Source: Chiloscyllium plagiosum
Taxonomy: Eukaryota
Reading direction: 5' to 3'
Assembly (NCBI RefSeq): GCF_004010195.1
Contig: NC_057749.1
Location: forward strand, 14,419,142 to 14,483,141
Length of the DNA: 64,000 bases
Positions 52,385-64,000 of this stretch are shown here, one piece after another. Both the position numbers and the translations under genes were made by a program. The notes beneath the pieces were generated by a model. That model was not told the origin of the DNA. It saw only the letters and a list, made by a program, of their open reading frames with translations, and ran no database searches. The stretch's first letter is position 1. The number at the start of each line of letters is the position of its first letter.

Positions 52385-53700
52385 TTCAGCCAGAGTTGTT
52401 TGGAAGAGGGACCCTAACAGGGAAGGCGGTAGAACAGCAATGGCAAGAGTTTCTGAGGGTAATTTAGGCAGCACAGGAAAATTTCATCCCAAGGAAGAAG
52501 AAACATTGTTTTGGGGAGGATGAGGCAACCATGGCTGGCAAGGGAAGTCAGGGACAGCATAAAAGCAAAAGAAAAAACATATAATGTGGTGAAGATCAGT
52601 GGGAGGCCTTTTAAAAATCAGTAGAGGACAACTGAAAAGCAACAAGGGGGGAGAAGATGAAATATGAGGATAAGTAATATAAAAGAAGACTGCAAGAGTT
52701 TTTTTCTAGATGTATAAAATGTAAGAAAGAGGCAAGAGTGGACATTGGACTGCTGGAAAATGAGGCTGGAGAAGTAGTAATGGGAAACAAAGAAGTGACA
52801 GAGGAACTGTATAGGTACTTTGCATCAGTCTTCAAAGTGGAAGACACCAATAGCGTACCAAAACTTAAAGAGAGTCAAGGAACAGAGGTGAATGTGCTGG
52901 CCAAACTAAGTAGAAGCTGCTGGAGAGGCTGAAAGGACTGTATGTGGATAAATCACCTGGACTGGATGGACCACACACCAGAGTCCTGAAAGAGAAAGCT
53001 GAGGTGATAGTGGAGGCATTGATGCCATTCTTTCAGAAATCATTCAGGTCAGAGAGGGTCCCAGAAGACTGGGAAATGACTAATACCCCTGTTGAAGAAG
53101 GGAGGGAGGGACAAGACAGGATGTTCTAGGCCAATACACCTGACATATTCGTTAGTAAGATTTTAGAGTTCATTATTAAGGATGAGATTGCAGATTACTT
53201 GGAAATGCAAGGTTAAAAAGGGCTGAATCAGCATGGCTTCATCAAGGGGAGGACCTGCCTGACAAATCTGTTAAAATTCTTTTGAGGAGATAACAAGCAA
53301 GTTAGAGAAAGGAGAACCAGTGGACGTGATCTCTTTGGATCTCCAAAAGGTCTTTAACAAGGTGCAGCAGAGTAGGCTGCCGAATAAGATTACAATCCAA
53401 GATGAGGGCAAGGTACTAACTTGGATAGAGGATTAGCTGACTGGCAGAAGACAGCGTGGGAATGAAGCAATCTTTTTCAGAATAGCAGCCATTGACTAGT
53501 GGAATTCCTCAGGGGTCAATGTTGGGATCACAACAATTCACATTATTCATTAAAGACCTGTCGCTAAGTTTGCAGATGATACAAAGATAGGTGGAAAGGC
53601 AGATGTAATATAATGTGGGAAAGTGTGAGGTTATTCACTTTTGTAGGAAGGATAGAGGCATAGACAATTTTCTAAGTGAGAAAAGGCTTTGCAAACCTGG
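52385..53700 (+). mobile_element. CR1 LINE ORF2 fragment, second subfamily
   Basis: DKSPGLDGPHTRVLKE...VPEDW, QHGFIKGRTCLTNLL, KFADDTKIGG. Confidence 0.88.
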
Positions 53701-54049
53701 AGCTTGGTGTCCAGAATGCTCAAAATCACTGATTACTTGAGCTAATAACTTGTTGCAAATGAATGTGGAATCTCCAAACTTTAGGCTGCAACGAGATGAA
53801 AGAAAATGTGGTGGATGCTACTGTCACGAACAGTGTGTTAATTGTTAAATTTGTGTTTAAGATTGAGTGAAAATGTTAGTAACCACCTGGGTTAAAATTC
53901 TCCAGCTTTGTGCATATGCAATAGAAATGTATTATCTGTGATTTGATTCTGTGGAAGGTGTGTTTAGGTTGTTGGTTTTTAGTGTGTTAACCTGTGTCAC
54001 TGATCTTGGCGGGGGTGGAGAAGAAACATTTGCTAACTTATGCCTGTTT

Positions 54050-54570
54050 TTTGTGTCAATATACATTTTATATGGTCTAAGAAGTTAATGCTTTCATTGT
54101 GTGTTGTGACTTTAAGTTTAATGGAGAGTTGGTATATTTTGAGGATATTGAGGTATTTTTAGATTTTGATGTAACCTAATTCGGTGACTGTGTTAGTCCA
54201 GATACCCAATATGTCATCATAAGTATGGAAAGGTGATGTTACTATGCAGTAGTCGCTTAACAAATAAGTTGAGAATGAAAAAAAACCCTCAAAATCAAAA
54301 AGTAAATCATGAGTGAATCTCAAGAAGGGCCCTTGGACAGGGGAGTAGATGTTTTGAACCTGTACCCAATTATAAATGACGGGAGGGGAAGGGTTAAGGG
54401 TGAGGAACGGGCGTAAGGGACCGGGAAACAGAAGCACCATGCCATGATTTATCTCCTTGGGTCTGACATGCCACACACAAGCTCACATGTCTCCAGATTT
54501 GATTTTTCCTACATGGTACATCGTCATTGTAAACCAGTCTAATATTTATGCAGTTGAGGTAGTTGAGTTG
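54050..54570 (-). mobile_element. Old Penelope-like RT fragment
   Basis: Minus strand reads YDDILGIWTNTVTELGYIKI*KYLNILKIYQLSIKLKVTTHNESINFLD, resembling the PLE RT YxDD...IKL...FLD region. Confidence 0.6.
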
Positions 54571-55129
54571 GTTTAATGTTTTCTCAAAACTTACTTTTAA
54601 TGTGCCCCTCCCCCATCCAGAACAAAATGTGAGGACAATGAATAAAGAGCCGGGGGCCCACATTGGGGGATACCAGCAGGTTACATAAATGAATTAATAA
54701 GCTCCAATTGAATGAGACGAAACTCTGGGTTTTGTAGTGCTTCTGGGCTATGTGGAGTTAGTAGAAAGACAGGTTAGGCTGGCCTTTGCAATGCTTGGAA
54801 TTAAATAAAGACCACCTTTTGGGAATTATCGATATGTAGCAGGTCAATTGTTGGTACAAGGATACATTGTACCCTTCAAGGTGACCTGTCCACATACATA
54901 ACAGTAAAGATGTTTATATTAATGAAGTGACTGGGGAACTAATTTGGTTCATTATCATTCTTCATCACTATGTGCCTGTGAATACTGCAGTTGCCCTGAT
55001 AGTAGTTACTATCTGAGTGAATATTTGGTCAGTTTGAGTTCTCTGTTTGGCACTAATATTGTAAATTCTGAGTGCATCCCATCCCTGTGACCATTTTGTT
55101 TTTCTAATCAGTCTGTTCTGTCTATCCAG

Positions 55130-55262
55130 CATTATTTAGATGAGGCAGAGAGAGACAAAGAGCGTTACATGAAGGAGCTGGAGCAGTACCAACAGACTGA
55201 GGCTTATAAACGGTTCAGCCAGAAAGCAGATGACAAACGACACACGAAAGGACTTAGCCAAG
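55130..55262 (+). CDS. HMG20A: HMG20A coding exon 4, HMG box helix 3: HYLDEAERDKERYMKELEQYQQTEAYKRFSQKADDKRHTKGLSQ
   Basis: tctatccag| acceptor, G|gtaaaa donor, 133 nt, phase 0 to 1. Not in the ORF track; translated by hand. Confidence 0.96.
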
Positions 55263-55688
55263 GTAAAATAAAAAGGGAGGCTTGTTGATCAACTGGAATG
55301 TTGTCAGCAGTTTAATCACTGGTGCAATTAGCTCCTGTAAAGTGCAAATTCAGTTTTTATTTCCCCTGTCTTTGTTGTATTTGCTCATGCTAGACCCCTC
55401 TGCATAGCAACCTGAAGGCATTTTTTTACATGAAGCAAGTAAAAACAACTGTCCACAACTCTTCTTCAGTTGGCTGCATTCCCAAATATAAAGATCGGGT
55501 TTGCAGAATCAACATCATCTGTGTTCAGGAGAGAACAATAAAATTAACCAAAACAAAAGTTGTATTTGTTGTCCTCTGACATAAATAAGAAATCAAACTG
55601 AGATTAAAGTCAAGTATTATAAGTGGCTTGAGTCCAATGAGTGCTAACATATGTGGAATTTTTTTTTCATATCTCCCCTATCTTTTAG

Positions 55689-55726
55689 ATGAAGGATCTC
55701 GAGCCAACAACATGCCTGTTACTGAG
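55689..55726 (+). CDS. HMG20A: HMG20A coding exon 5, short linker: (D)EGSRANNMPVTE
   Basis: ccctatcttttag| acceptor, GAG|gtagga donor, 38 nt. A phase 1 to 0 exon is needed to keep the flanking exons in frame. Confidence 0.85.
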
Positions 55727-58700
55727 GTAGGACTAATAATTAATTATTTTTACATGTGCAATGACGGAGAAATTGTGAATATGTTTATAAAAATACAACT
55801 GGGAGATAGGATATGTCTTTAATGACTAAATAGAATCCTAGCATGATAACAACACAGGGAGAGGCCATTTTTTTTTATATCTTCACTAGCTTTCTGTAAG
55901 AATAATTTGTTGAGTCCCATGTTCTTCAAGTAATTATCCAATTCCATCAAATAACTCAATTGAATGCCTTACTATACTCTTGGGCGTTCATTTCCAAATC
56001 CTAACAGTTTGTTACATAAAACGTTAATCCCAAAGTTGCAACTATATCTTTAGTCAATCATCTTCAAATTGGTATCTTCTTGTTCTCAATCTCTCTGCCA
56101 ACGAGAATAGTTTCTACCTACCTACCCTGACCCTAATGATTTTGAACACCTCTGTCAAACCTCCTGTTAGTCCCCTCTGCTGCTGAAGCACATATCCATA
56201 TTTTAGTTACCTCCAGGATCAACACTGCTGTGCTTTCCTGGGCTAGACCCACTTCCACTCTCCATAGCCTTAAGCTCATCCACATTACTGCTGCCCCTAT
56301 TCTAACTTGCACAAAGTCCTACCTCTCTCATCATAATTTTGCTTACTGACTGATGTTGTTTCAGGGCCCACTCACATTTCAATCAATAATTCTTATGTCA
56401 TCAACTTCTCATTGTTTGTAACCTCTTCCAACCGTACAACTCTCCAAGAACTCTGCGTTCTTCCAATTTCAGCTTCTTACATCCCCCTCTTCCTGCATGT
56501 CTCTTTAATAGTTTTCATTCAAATAAGCTTGTATTCTAGAAATTTCCATGTGATTGGTGAGTATTAAAAAAAAAGTTGTAATTCCCTGAGTCATGAATAT
56601 ATTATGACATGTTAACAGCACAGCTCATTTCAGCTTTTCCACACCTGTATGAGCTAAATATTAGTTTCTGAAATCATATGCAGTTACACTTCAATAATGC
56701 AAAGAAGAAAAAAGTATTCACTTTAATTGGCCCATGCGGAAATCACACCTTTTTCCAAAAGTAAACGGGGGGAAAATGTGTTAAAGCGGCTTCAGTTTTC
56801 ATGTTGCCTTATTATTATTTTTAAAAAATTATTAAAGTGTGCTCTTCATGCTATAAGTAGTTTACAAAATCTTGAAGATATGGAATAGAACTTCCCAGCA
56901 GAAGACTCATAAAAGCATCCCAGTAACAACAGGCAGACTGATTTAGAGCATCGTTTCACAAAGGGGGGGATTGGAATCCCAGTGGGGTTGTGAGTTGAAG
57001 TTGTGAGTTTGCAAGGCAGCAATGATCACCGTGGGCCTCCAGCTGAGTTACAGGAGATATGATCCTGCAATGCATGTGCACGCGCGCACACACACACACG
57101 TCTTCTCCAAGATTCATTCTCACTGTTCCCTCCTCCCCCTCCTTTCTCTCAGGTCTCACTGATGGGTCATGACAAGCCTCCAAATAGTTACAAAACAGTG
57201 TTGGAAGCACCAATGTATAATCCTTCCAAAAGCAGTTAGGCTTTGGTAAAATATTACATTCCACATCCGTACAGCGGAGGATGCTGCAGCTGTCTCAGCC
57301 ATGATCCCAGCCAGTGGATGAAGAACCACGGGGGAATGTTGGAGATAGAAAACACATTGAAATAAATTAGCAAACTAGCCAAATTATAAAAGGGATTAAA
57401 AATGGACTTTGGAAGTTTGACATGTAGTGACTTGTACAAATTACTTGAAAAAATAAAAATAGCTGACAAATTGATTGTATTGAATTTTCCTTAGTTTAAA
57501 AGAAATGTTGGGCAGTGATTAATAAGTAGGATCTGCATTTCCTAAAATAATGTGGATAGGTTTTGAAAGAAGGCCCCACGGACTGGAAGGTTAACTTTAA
57601 ATTTGGAAATGACACTATTTCTACAGGGGGTTGTGCTATTTCCATCAAATAAGCAATAGGAACTACTTTTTGTTCATTATGGTGACATCTTGAAATGATG
57701 TTCTCAGTTGAAGTTCATTGAATATTATGATTTGCCAGAATTAATGCTGCAAAGGGAAACTGTATGATGTTTTCCAGATAACAGATGGATCCACTCATTT
57801 CTCTTGAAGTTAGATCTGCAAGTTTTTTTTATCCCCTATAAGTAAGATAGGCAAGGTGTGTTTTCAACTATTCAACATGGGCCATTTCAAATGAATAGTT
57901 TTTCCTTCTTTGAATTACTATGTGTAACTGCATCTGATTTCAGTAATTTATACAGGACTATGGGTTGACTGTATCCCATGCAATTATGCATAGACCTAAA
58001 CAGATTCACTGATTGATTGTTTGTGTGGTATAATAGCTGATCACTGACCTTTTCTTTTGCTATATTACATGTGCAAATGTGTTTTTCAGTGATCCTATAT
58101 ATGTAGATTTGACACCAGATTTAGTAGTTAGTATTTTATCTCATAAAATTTAAACACTCCTACAAGGCTTCTAATAACCAGTTTTGAAACTAGTTGAAAT
58201 TTATTCAGGACTTGTGTGTCTGGGAGCTCTTTTGATTGATATTCTCTGAGCACTGAAGCCATACAGTCAAGCAAAGTTTTAGGTTCCAACCCTAATCTGC
58301 GCTTAGTTACCTGCTGCTGCTGCTGCTCTAACTGAGATCAGCTAAGTGATAACTACTTCAGGAGTAAAGGTTTCTTTAAAAATAGACTGAAATTACTTTT
58401 ACTTTTATGATCACTTTTGAATGGCAATGTCTAGAGAGCGAATGTTGGCTAAGCTCTGACTCAGATCAATCAGCCTCCACTCAGTAGCCAATTCGTCAGA
58501 CAATACAATTAGCACAATTTCTGCAAGAAAGCAGGAAATTAACAAACAGCTAACGGGCTGCGGGTGGAAGGATTGTTCATATTTTAGTTGAGGTTTGTTA
58601 ACTCCAGCAACATAGCTTTCCCCTCTCACTGCCTCCTTTAGAATTCACTGTTGCTTAATAACTTTGTCAGAAGACGGAGGACACCTACAACTCAGTAACC

Positions 58701-58896
58701 TGTTTCCAATTGTCAGTCCATTCTGTAATCTTCTATTGAACTACACCCAGGAATAGTCTGTGCTGATTGTTTCTTTGCCTCCGCTTTGTGACTTCTCTCC
58801 CTGGCCATTTGCATAGATCAAAGACTGTCCATGTAAGTCATCAGAATGTGCTATCCTTAGTTGAGACAGTGTTTGGGAAAATGAACATTAGTTATG

Positions 58897-59125
58897 GAAT
58901 CATACACAGCATGGAAGCAAACCCTTTGGCCCAACTCATCCGTGCCAACTAGGTTTCCTAAACTGAACTAGTCCCATTTGTCTGTGTTTCGCCCATATCC
59001 CTCTAAACCTTTCCTGTCTATGTACCTGTCCACATGTCTTTAAGTGTTGTAATTGTACCCACCTCTACCACATCCTCTGGAAACTCATTCCATATATACA
59101 CCACCCTCTGTTTGAAAATTATACC
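58897..59125 (-). mobile_element. CR1 3' fragment
   Basis: Similar to 1741-2090. Confidence 0.85.
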
Positions 59126-59210
59126 TATCAAAGCAATGTGACTTAATTGTGGCACCAAAGTTTGGGAACAGATTAACTATGCAGTCTTTTATCTTGATTG
59201 ATATTTAAAA

Positions 59211-59422
59211 GCAGAGCTGAAAAATGTGTTGCTGGAAAAGCGCAGCAGGTCAGGCAGCATCCAAGGAGCAGGAGAATCGACGTTTTGGGCATATGCCCTT
59301 CTTCAGACTTATGCCCAAAACGTCGATTCTCCTGCTCTTTGGATGTTGCCTGACCTGCTGCGCTTTTCCAGCAACACATTTTTCAGCTCTGATCTCCAGC
59401 ATCTGCAATCCTCACTTTCTCC
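59211..59422. mobile_element. Palindromic Penelope-derived mini-element with an 11-bp TSD
   Basis: TGATATTTAAA at 59199-59209 and 59423-59433, near-perfect arms, and about 31 nt of one-sided tail. Confidence 0.9.
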
Positions 59423-60204
59423 TGATATTTAAATATAAAAGTTTGTTTATGGAACTTGGTGTCTAGGTGTTCTGTCAACTATCATTTGTGTTTTCTAATT
59501 GTATTACTGGAGGTAGAGTACTATAGAAAAATTAGTTTGAGAGTGGAAGAAAATGCTTTAAAACCCACCAACGTTCCTTCCTTCAGACGAGTCCGTATGA
59601 TCTTCAACTTTGTCTATAAATACATTTTTGATTTATCTTCCATGTAAAACAGTATGTTTATGGTCGTTAGGTTTTATAAACAGCCTGGTAAAACAAAGTA
59701 AAATGTACCTTGTTTGCAAGATGCAGTGAAAGAAAAGCAACCGCCAAAGGACAGCAAGAGTGAATATACGTCTCATTGAAGATCTAATATAATTAGTGCC
59801 ACAGTGTTGCTGACTTGTGGGAGGGTGGCAAATGAGATGTCAAGGATTTCCTGAGTAGTATGCAGTGCACTCTTGCATACTTCCTGGAAGCCTGTTATCG
59901 AACAACATGAACAGAGTGCGAAAGTAGACCTCTACTCAGGCCTCCTATACCTGGAAGAGAGGTGAGGGGAAGAAAAAATAATTTATATCAAAAAACTGGC
60001 AAATATCTTAAAAAGAGTACTCTGGGATTTGTTCTCGAAATATTTTGTGGGAAGCTGTTTAATGTGGATTCTGTCGTGATGCTATTGAACTGTTGGTAAT
60101 GTGCAAAAGTACAAAAGGAAGCAAGTGACTAGATTTTTCTGGATATAGAGAAAATGGATAATAATTCTGCTTTTGTTTGATGATCTGTGTTTTTACAAAA
60201 GCAG

Positions 60205-60274
60205 GGTGAACTGAAGGATCGATCTGTATTGGATATTCCAATTTTCTCTGAGGAATTTTTAGACCACAGCAAAG
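60205..60274 (+). CDS. HMG20A: HMG20A coding exon 6: GELKDRSVLDIPIFSEEFLDHSK
   Basis: Tandem aag/cag acceptor (alternative start 60202), G|gtagga donor, 70 nt, phase 0 to 1. DIPIF.EEFL motif of the HMG20 family. Confidence 0.93.
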
Positions 60275-61113
60275 GTAGGAAGTGCCGATGTAAATATTAT
60301 AGTGCAAAGCATTTAATTATGGGGAAGATAACATTGAAGCTTTTCATTGAAATAAATCAAAGTAAAATATTGAATCTACTCATTTAGCACTATTTACCTA
60401 TGTCAGGGAACAAGCATGTAGTTGTAATCACACTTACCCACCTTGTTACAGTTTTCTTTCAGTTCCTTCCCATGCGTCAACTTATCCAGTCTAACCTTAT
60501 GGTTGATAGTGTTTGCTTCAACCATTAACATGAAAAGTGAATTCCACAGTCTTGCAACGCTTTCTGTGCAAATGTTCTTCCTGCTCTCAGTTCAAAATAA
60601 TTTGTGTTTAACCTTATAAGTACTCTCTCTTTCTTGACTCCTCGGCTGCAATTTTCATCGATCTACCTTGTCCCATCTTTCATAATTTTAAACATTTCTA
60701 ATGAGAAAAGATCATATTTTTTAAGTTTCTTCATACTTGCATATTCTCTCTTTCTAGACCACATCTGAGATCATCTGAATTATACCCTCTTGAAAGTTTC
60801 AATGTCTTCTCAGTGCTGCACATAGTACTCCAACTGAGGTCTTAAGATTTTATATAGCTTATTGTTATATTTTGGCTGTTATGTTTTATACTTCTTGAAT
60901 GAAATCATCGAACTGAATTAGCCTTTTTGTTCTGTGCACCTGTATCTCTAAATCCCTCGATTCTTCCACATCACTAAACCTATTTAAATTCATAGTATAA
61001 TTGCTGTTATTTACTTTAAAGCATGGGAGGTTGACAGGTTTTCCTTAGTTTCTTTGTTATATGTTCTAATTTGAACCCCAAATGTAAAATGTAATTATTT
61101 TGGATTTTGGCAG

Positions 61114-61329
61114 CTCGAGAAAGGGAGCTCCGACAGCTGCGAAAGTCCAATATAGAGTATGAAGAAAGAAATGCAGCCTTACAGAAGCATGTAGAAAGCA
61201 TGAAAACAGCGGTTGAGAAGCTGGAGATTGATGTGATGCAAGAAAGAAATAGGAACGTTGTCCTTCAGCAGCACTTGGATACTCTGCGGCATGCACTGAC
61301 ATCAAGTTTTGCTACTGTACCATTGCCAG
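61114..61329 (+). CDS. HMG20A: HMG20A coding exon 7, coiled coil: (A)RERELRQLRKSNIEYEERNAALQKHVESMKTAVEKLEIDVMQERNRNVVLQQHLDTLRHALTSSFATVPLP
   Basis: ttttggcag| acceptor, G|gtgctt donor, 216 nt, phase 1 to 1. HMG20 coiled-coil motif. Confidence 0.96.
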
Positions 61330-63466
61330 GTGCTTCAATCTTGTAAATTTAGAACATTACACTTTTAAAATTGAAAAGTGGAAACATTTCCAGGTGAAAA
61401 AGTGGGAAATAAATGTAACAGGCAAGCTCATTGCCTCTGATTGGTATCGAGAAATTTCATGATGACAGAGGAAAAGTAAGCAAGCAAGCTGGAGCAAAAC
61501 TCAGTTTATAAATTCTGTGGAATGAGCACAGTTCATTTATGTGCATTCTCTCCATATTTATCCATTTGTAGTTCAACTCCAGTAGTATACTGAAATGTCC
61601 TCTTTTGAAGATCTAAGATAATGCTCCAGTCCTGTGACTCATTGAAGACAATTAAAGTTTTGGCAAAGTGCGAAATCTAATCTCATGGTTTACTTGTGGT
61701 ACAGTACTGAATCATAAAGATCAGAAAGTCTCCAAGGTATCTCTCTAAAGCCAAGACACATACCGTGGTACTGTTGTTGGTTTTTTTGATCCTGTAGAAG
61801 TGAGGGACAAAAAAAATCAGGCAGGTTGTTGTTCCAGATTAATAAGCTTGTATTCCTGCTGCAAATTGTTGTGGATAAATGCCTCGAATATAGGCAAGTA
61901 CAGGCACGTTTGTCTGGATTTTTGCATTTAGAATAGTCACCCTGGCACAATATCAGAAAATTGCCACTGACCATGGAAGCAATTAAATTTGGAATAAACA
62001 TCTTAAGAGTAAGAAAGAGAAAATGGGAAACATGACATTGGTACTTGTTAACAAGACTCACACTAGGATGCTGTTTATTGTCATCCAGCAATCTTCTTTT
62101 TGTAAATTAGAAATGTCCATTGAAACAATATAAGATTCCAAGGCAGCTTGGCTAGAATTACACTGAAACCAAGATCTGGTTTTAGTTCAAGGATTCTTTA
62201 CACTTTGAAAGTCGCAGGAGTAATCGGACCTCAGGGTTGCTCTGGGAATGGGATGTTCTATATCGAGTGTCATTTATTGTGCCAAACTTTCACAAGGTGA
62301 TAACCTGATCTTACGGGAGTTGTGTATTGAAAGATAAAAATGAACATTGAGTATAACTACTGACAGTGGATTGCTGCCACATCAGACTAAATTTTGTGAT
62401 GTTGGCATTAACAAGGGGCAACAGGTGTCTCATAAAGAATGTTGCTGCTGAAGACAATGTTTTAACAAATATTGAAGAAGCAGTGTATGCATTTTGCTGT
62501 GGAGTACAAAGTGATGCACTGGACTCTTCTCCATTATTTCTTAACAGCAAGTACTCAATTTTGGCAAGACTAAGATAGGGTAGTTCAAGGAAGGCAGTGG
62601 TGAGATACTTTATGCTATTTCCCTGTACCTCTCAGTGCCAAATTAGGAGCTGTTTTTGTAAAAATTATAGAACTTAAAGATTTTATATCCTTGTTTCATA
62701 TTTATTATTGATGAATGTAATTACAAATCTCTTTAATTCTGTTTACTATCCTCATCCTAAACTTATATCTTATAATATCTTATAAAACAGGGATGTTTTA
62801 ATTTTCCAATTCTGTCCTCTCCTGAAGCCACGAATATTGTTGGTACCTCAAGTTATAATGTGACCATTCTCCAGATGTGAAATTTAAAGTGAATGACAAT
62901 ATCTTCTTCCACTTAGTTATTTATGCGCAATGATTTTTCTGCTGGGAATCTGTTGTTAATGGATTCTAACCAGTCTGGTCAACACATTTTATTTGATTTT
63001 ATCTGTTTATTAGTCCAACAGTTCTCTCCTATAGCTCTAGCTATTCCTCTATTATACGTATTTTTAATCAAACCATTCAGATATATTATGACACGTCTTC
63101 AACCCAAGATGTTCTGGTCCATAGAAACATTACGACATGCCACAAAATTCCTTTTGTTTCCCCTTAGTTATCAATTAATCCATCAAAGCCATCACCTTTT
63201 TCCTCTCTGATCTTAATTACTTGTTATATTAATATTAACCAGCAGCAAACAGGATGTGGTTTGGTTGACTTGATCATCATGGTTAAATATTCCACATTAG
63301 AGTTCGCCTGAAAAGAACAACCATCTGGGAAGGTACTATAGGTATTCCAGAGGGGTGTGATGCTTTCAGGGGAATGACTGCAGTGATAATTGTCAAAATA
63401 ATGACACTAGCCTGTTTCTGATGCTGTTGTTATTCTTTAACTGGAAGTTTTCTTATTTTTTTGCAG

Positions 63467-63603
63467 GCTCTGGTGAGACACCCACCCTGGAAACCATTGA
63501 TTCCTACATGAGGAAACTACACAGTATTATTCTATCCAACCCTCAAAATAATGAAAATCTCATTGCCACAGTACGTGACTTAGTAAGTCAACTTGACAGG
63601 TGA
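63467..63603 (+). CDS. HMG20A: HMG20A last coding exon: (G)SGETPTLETIDSYMRKLHSIILSNPQNNENLIATVRDLVSQLDR*
   Basis: tttttttgcag| acceptor, TGA at 63601-63603, C-terminal ...LDR as in HMG20A. The exons sum to 1050 nt, i.e. 349 aa plus stop. Confidence 0.95.
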
Positions 63604-63829
63604 GGAGGCAGTATCCGGTATCAAAGAGTACTCTGTGCTGACCCTCAGCATACTGTCTGAGATTATCAGCAGCCAGTGGGGAATCTCTATATTTGATGAT
63701 TAATTTGAGGCTTATTTAGACATTCAAAACTATCCATGTTTGCATTTACTGTTTTTCCAGTGATTATTGGTTGGGGACAGTGTTGTGCAACATTGGTGAG
63801 AGTTATGTTACAGATACAACATGGATTGG

Positions 63830-64000
63830 GAGCAACACGATGGCTCAGTGGTTAGCACTACTGCCTCACAGCACCAAGGAACCAGATTTGATTCCAGCAT
63901 TGTGTGACTGTGTGGAGTTTGAATGTTCTCCCCATATTTGCATAGGCTTCTACTGAGTGTTCTAGTTGCCTACTACAGTCCAGAGAGGTGGAAGTTAGAT
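63830..64000 (+). mobile_element. HE1/V-SINE-like copy, cut by the window end
   Basis: Head atggctcagtggttagcactactgcctcacagc. Confidence 0.85.

Noticed and set aside
43167..63603. Assignment as HMG20B
   Set aside because: The N-terminal LPPIFADDD-SKES and NNPEFVEDLSQ motifs and the C-terminal LDR match HMG20A.

Overview
Vertebrate genomic DNA, almost certainly from an elasmobranch (shark), judging by its HE1/V-SINE, Deu-domain SINE, CR1 and Penelope repeats. The main gene is HMG20A on the + strand. It has a probable non-coding exon 1 in a CpG-rich promoter at about 15.2-15.65 kb, a 27.5 kb intron 1, and eight coding exons (43167-63603) that splice in frame to about 349 aa (HMG box plus C-terminal coiled coil). 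A second CpG/GC-box promoter at about 9.1-9.6 kb fires on the - strand into a non-coding first exon, probably PEAK1 by synteny (inference only). Much of the remaining sequence is decayed retroelements. The most striking signal is a dispersed set of minimal type-I hammerhead-ribozyme motifs in several Penelope-like repeat families. Their stems co-vary, one copy in the sense strand of HMG20A intron 1 has an intact core, and many sit in head-to-head palindromic mini-elements with target-site duplications. Also seen: a 445-bp fold-back palindrome that includes flanking DNA, an unexplained inverted repeat with 135-bp arms, a solo LTR, and a tRNA/Deu SINE head running into LINE ORF2 sequence. Repeat boundaries are estimated by eye; comparisons with human are from memory.
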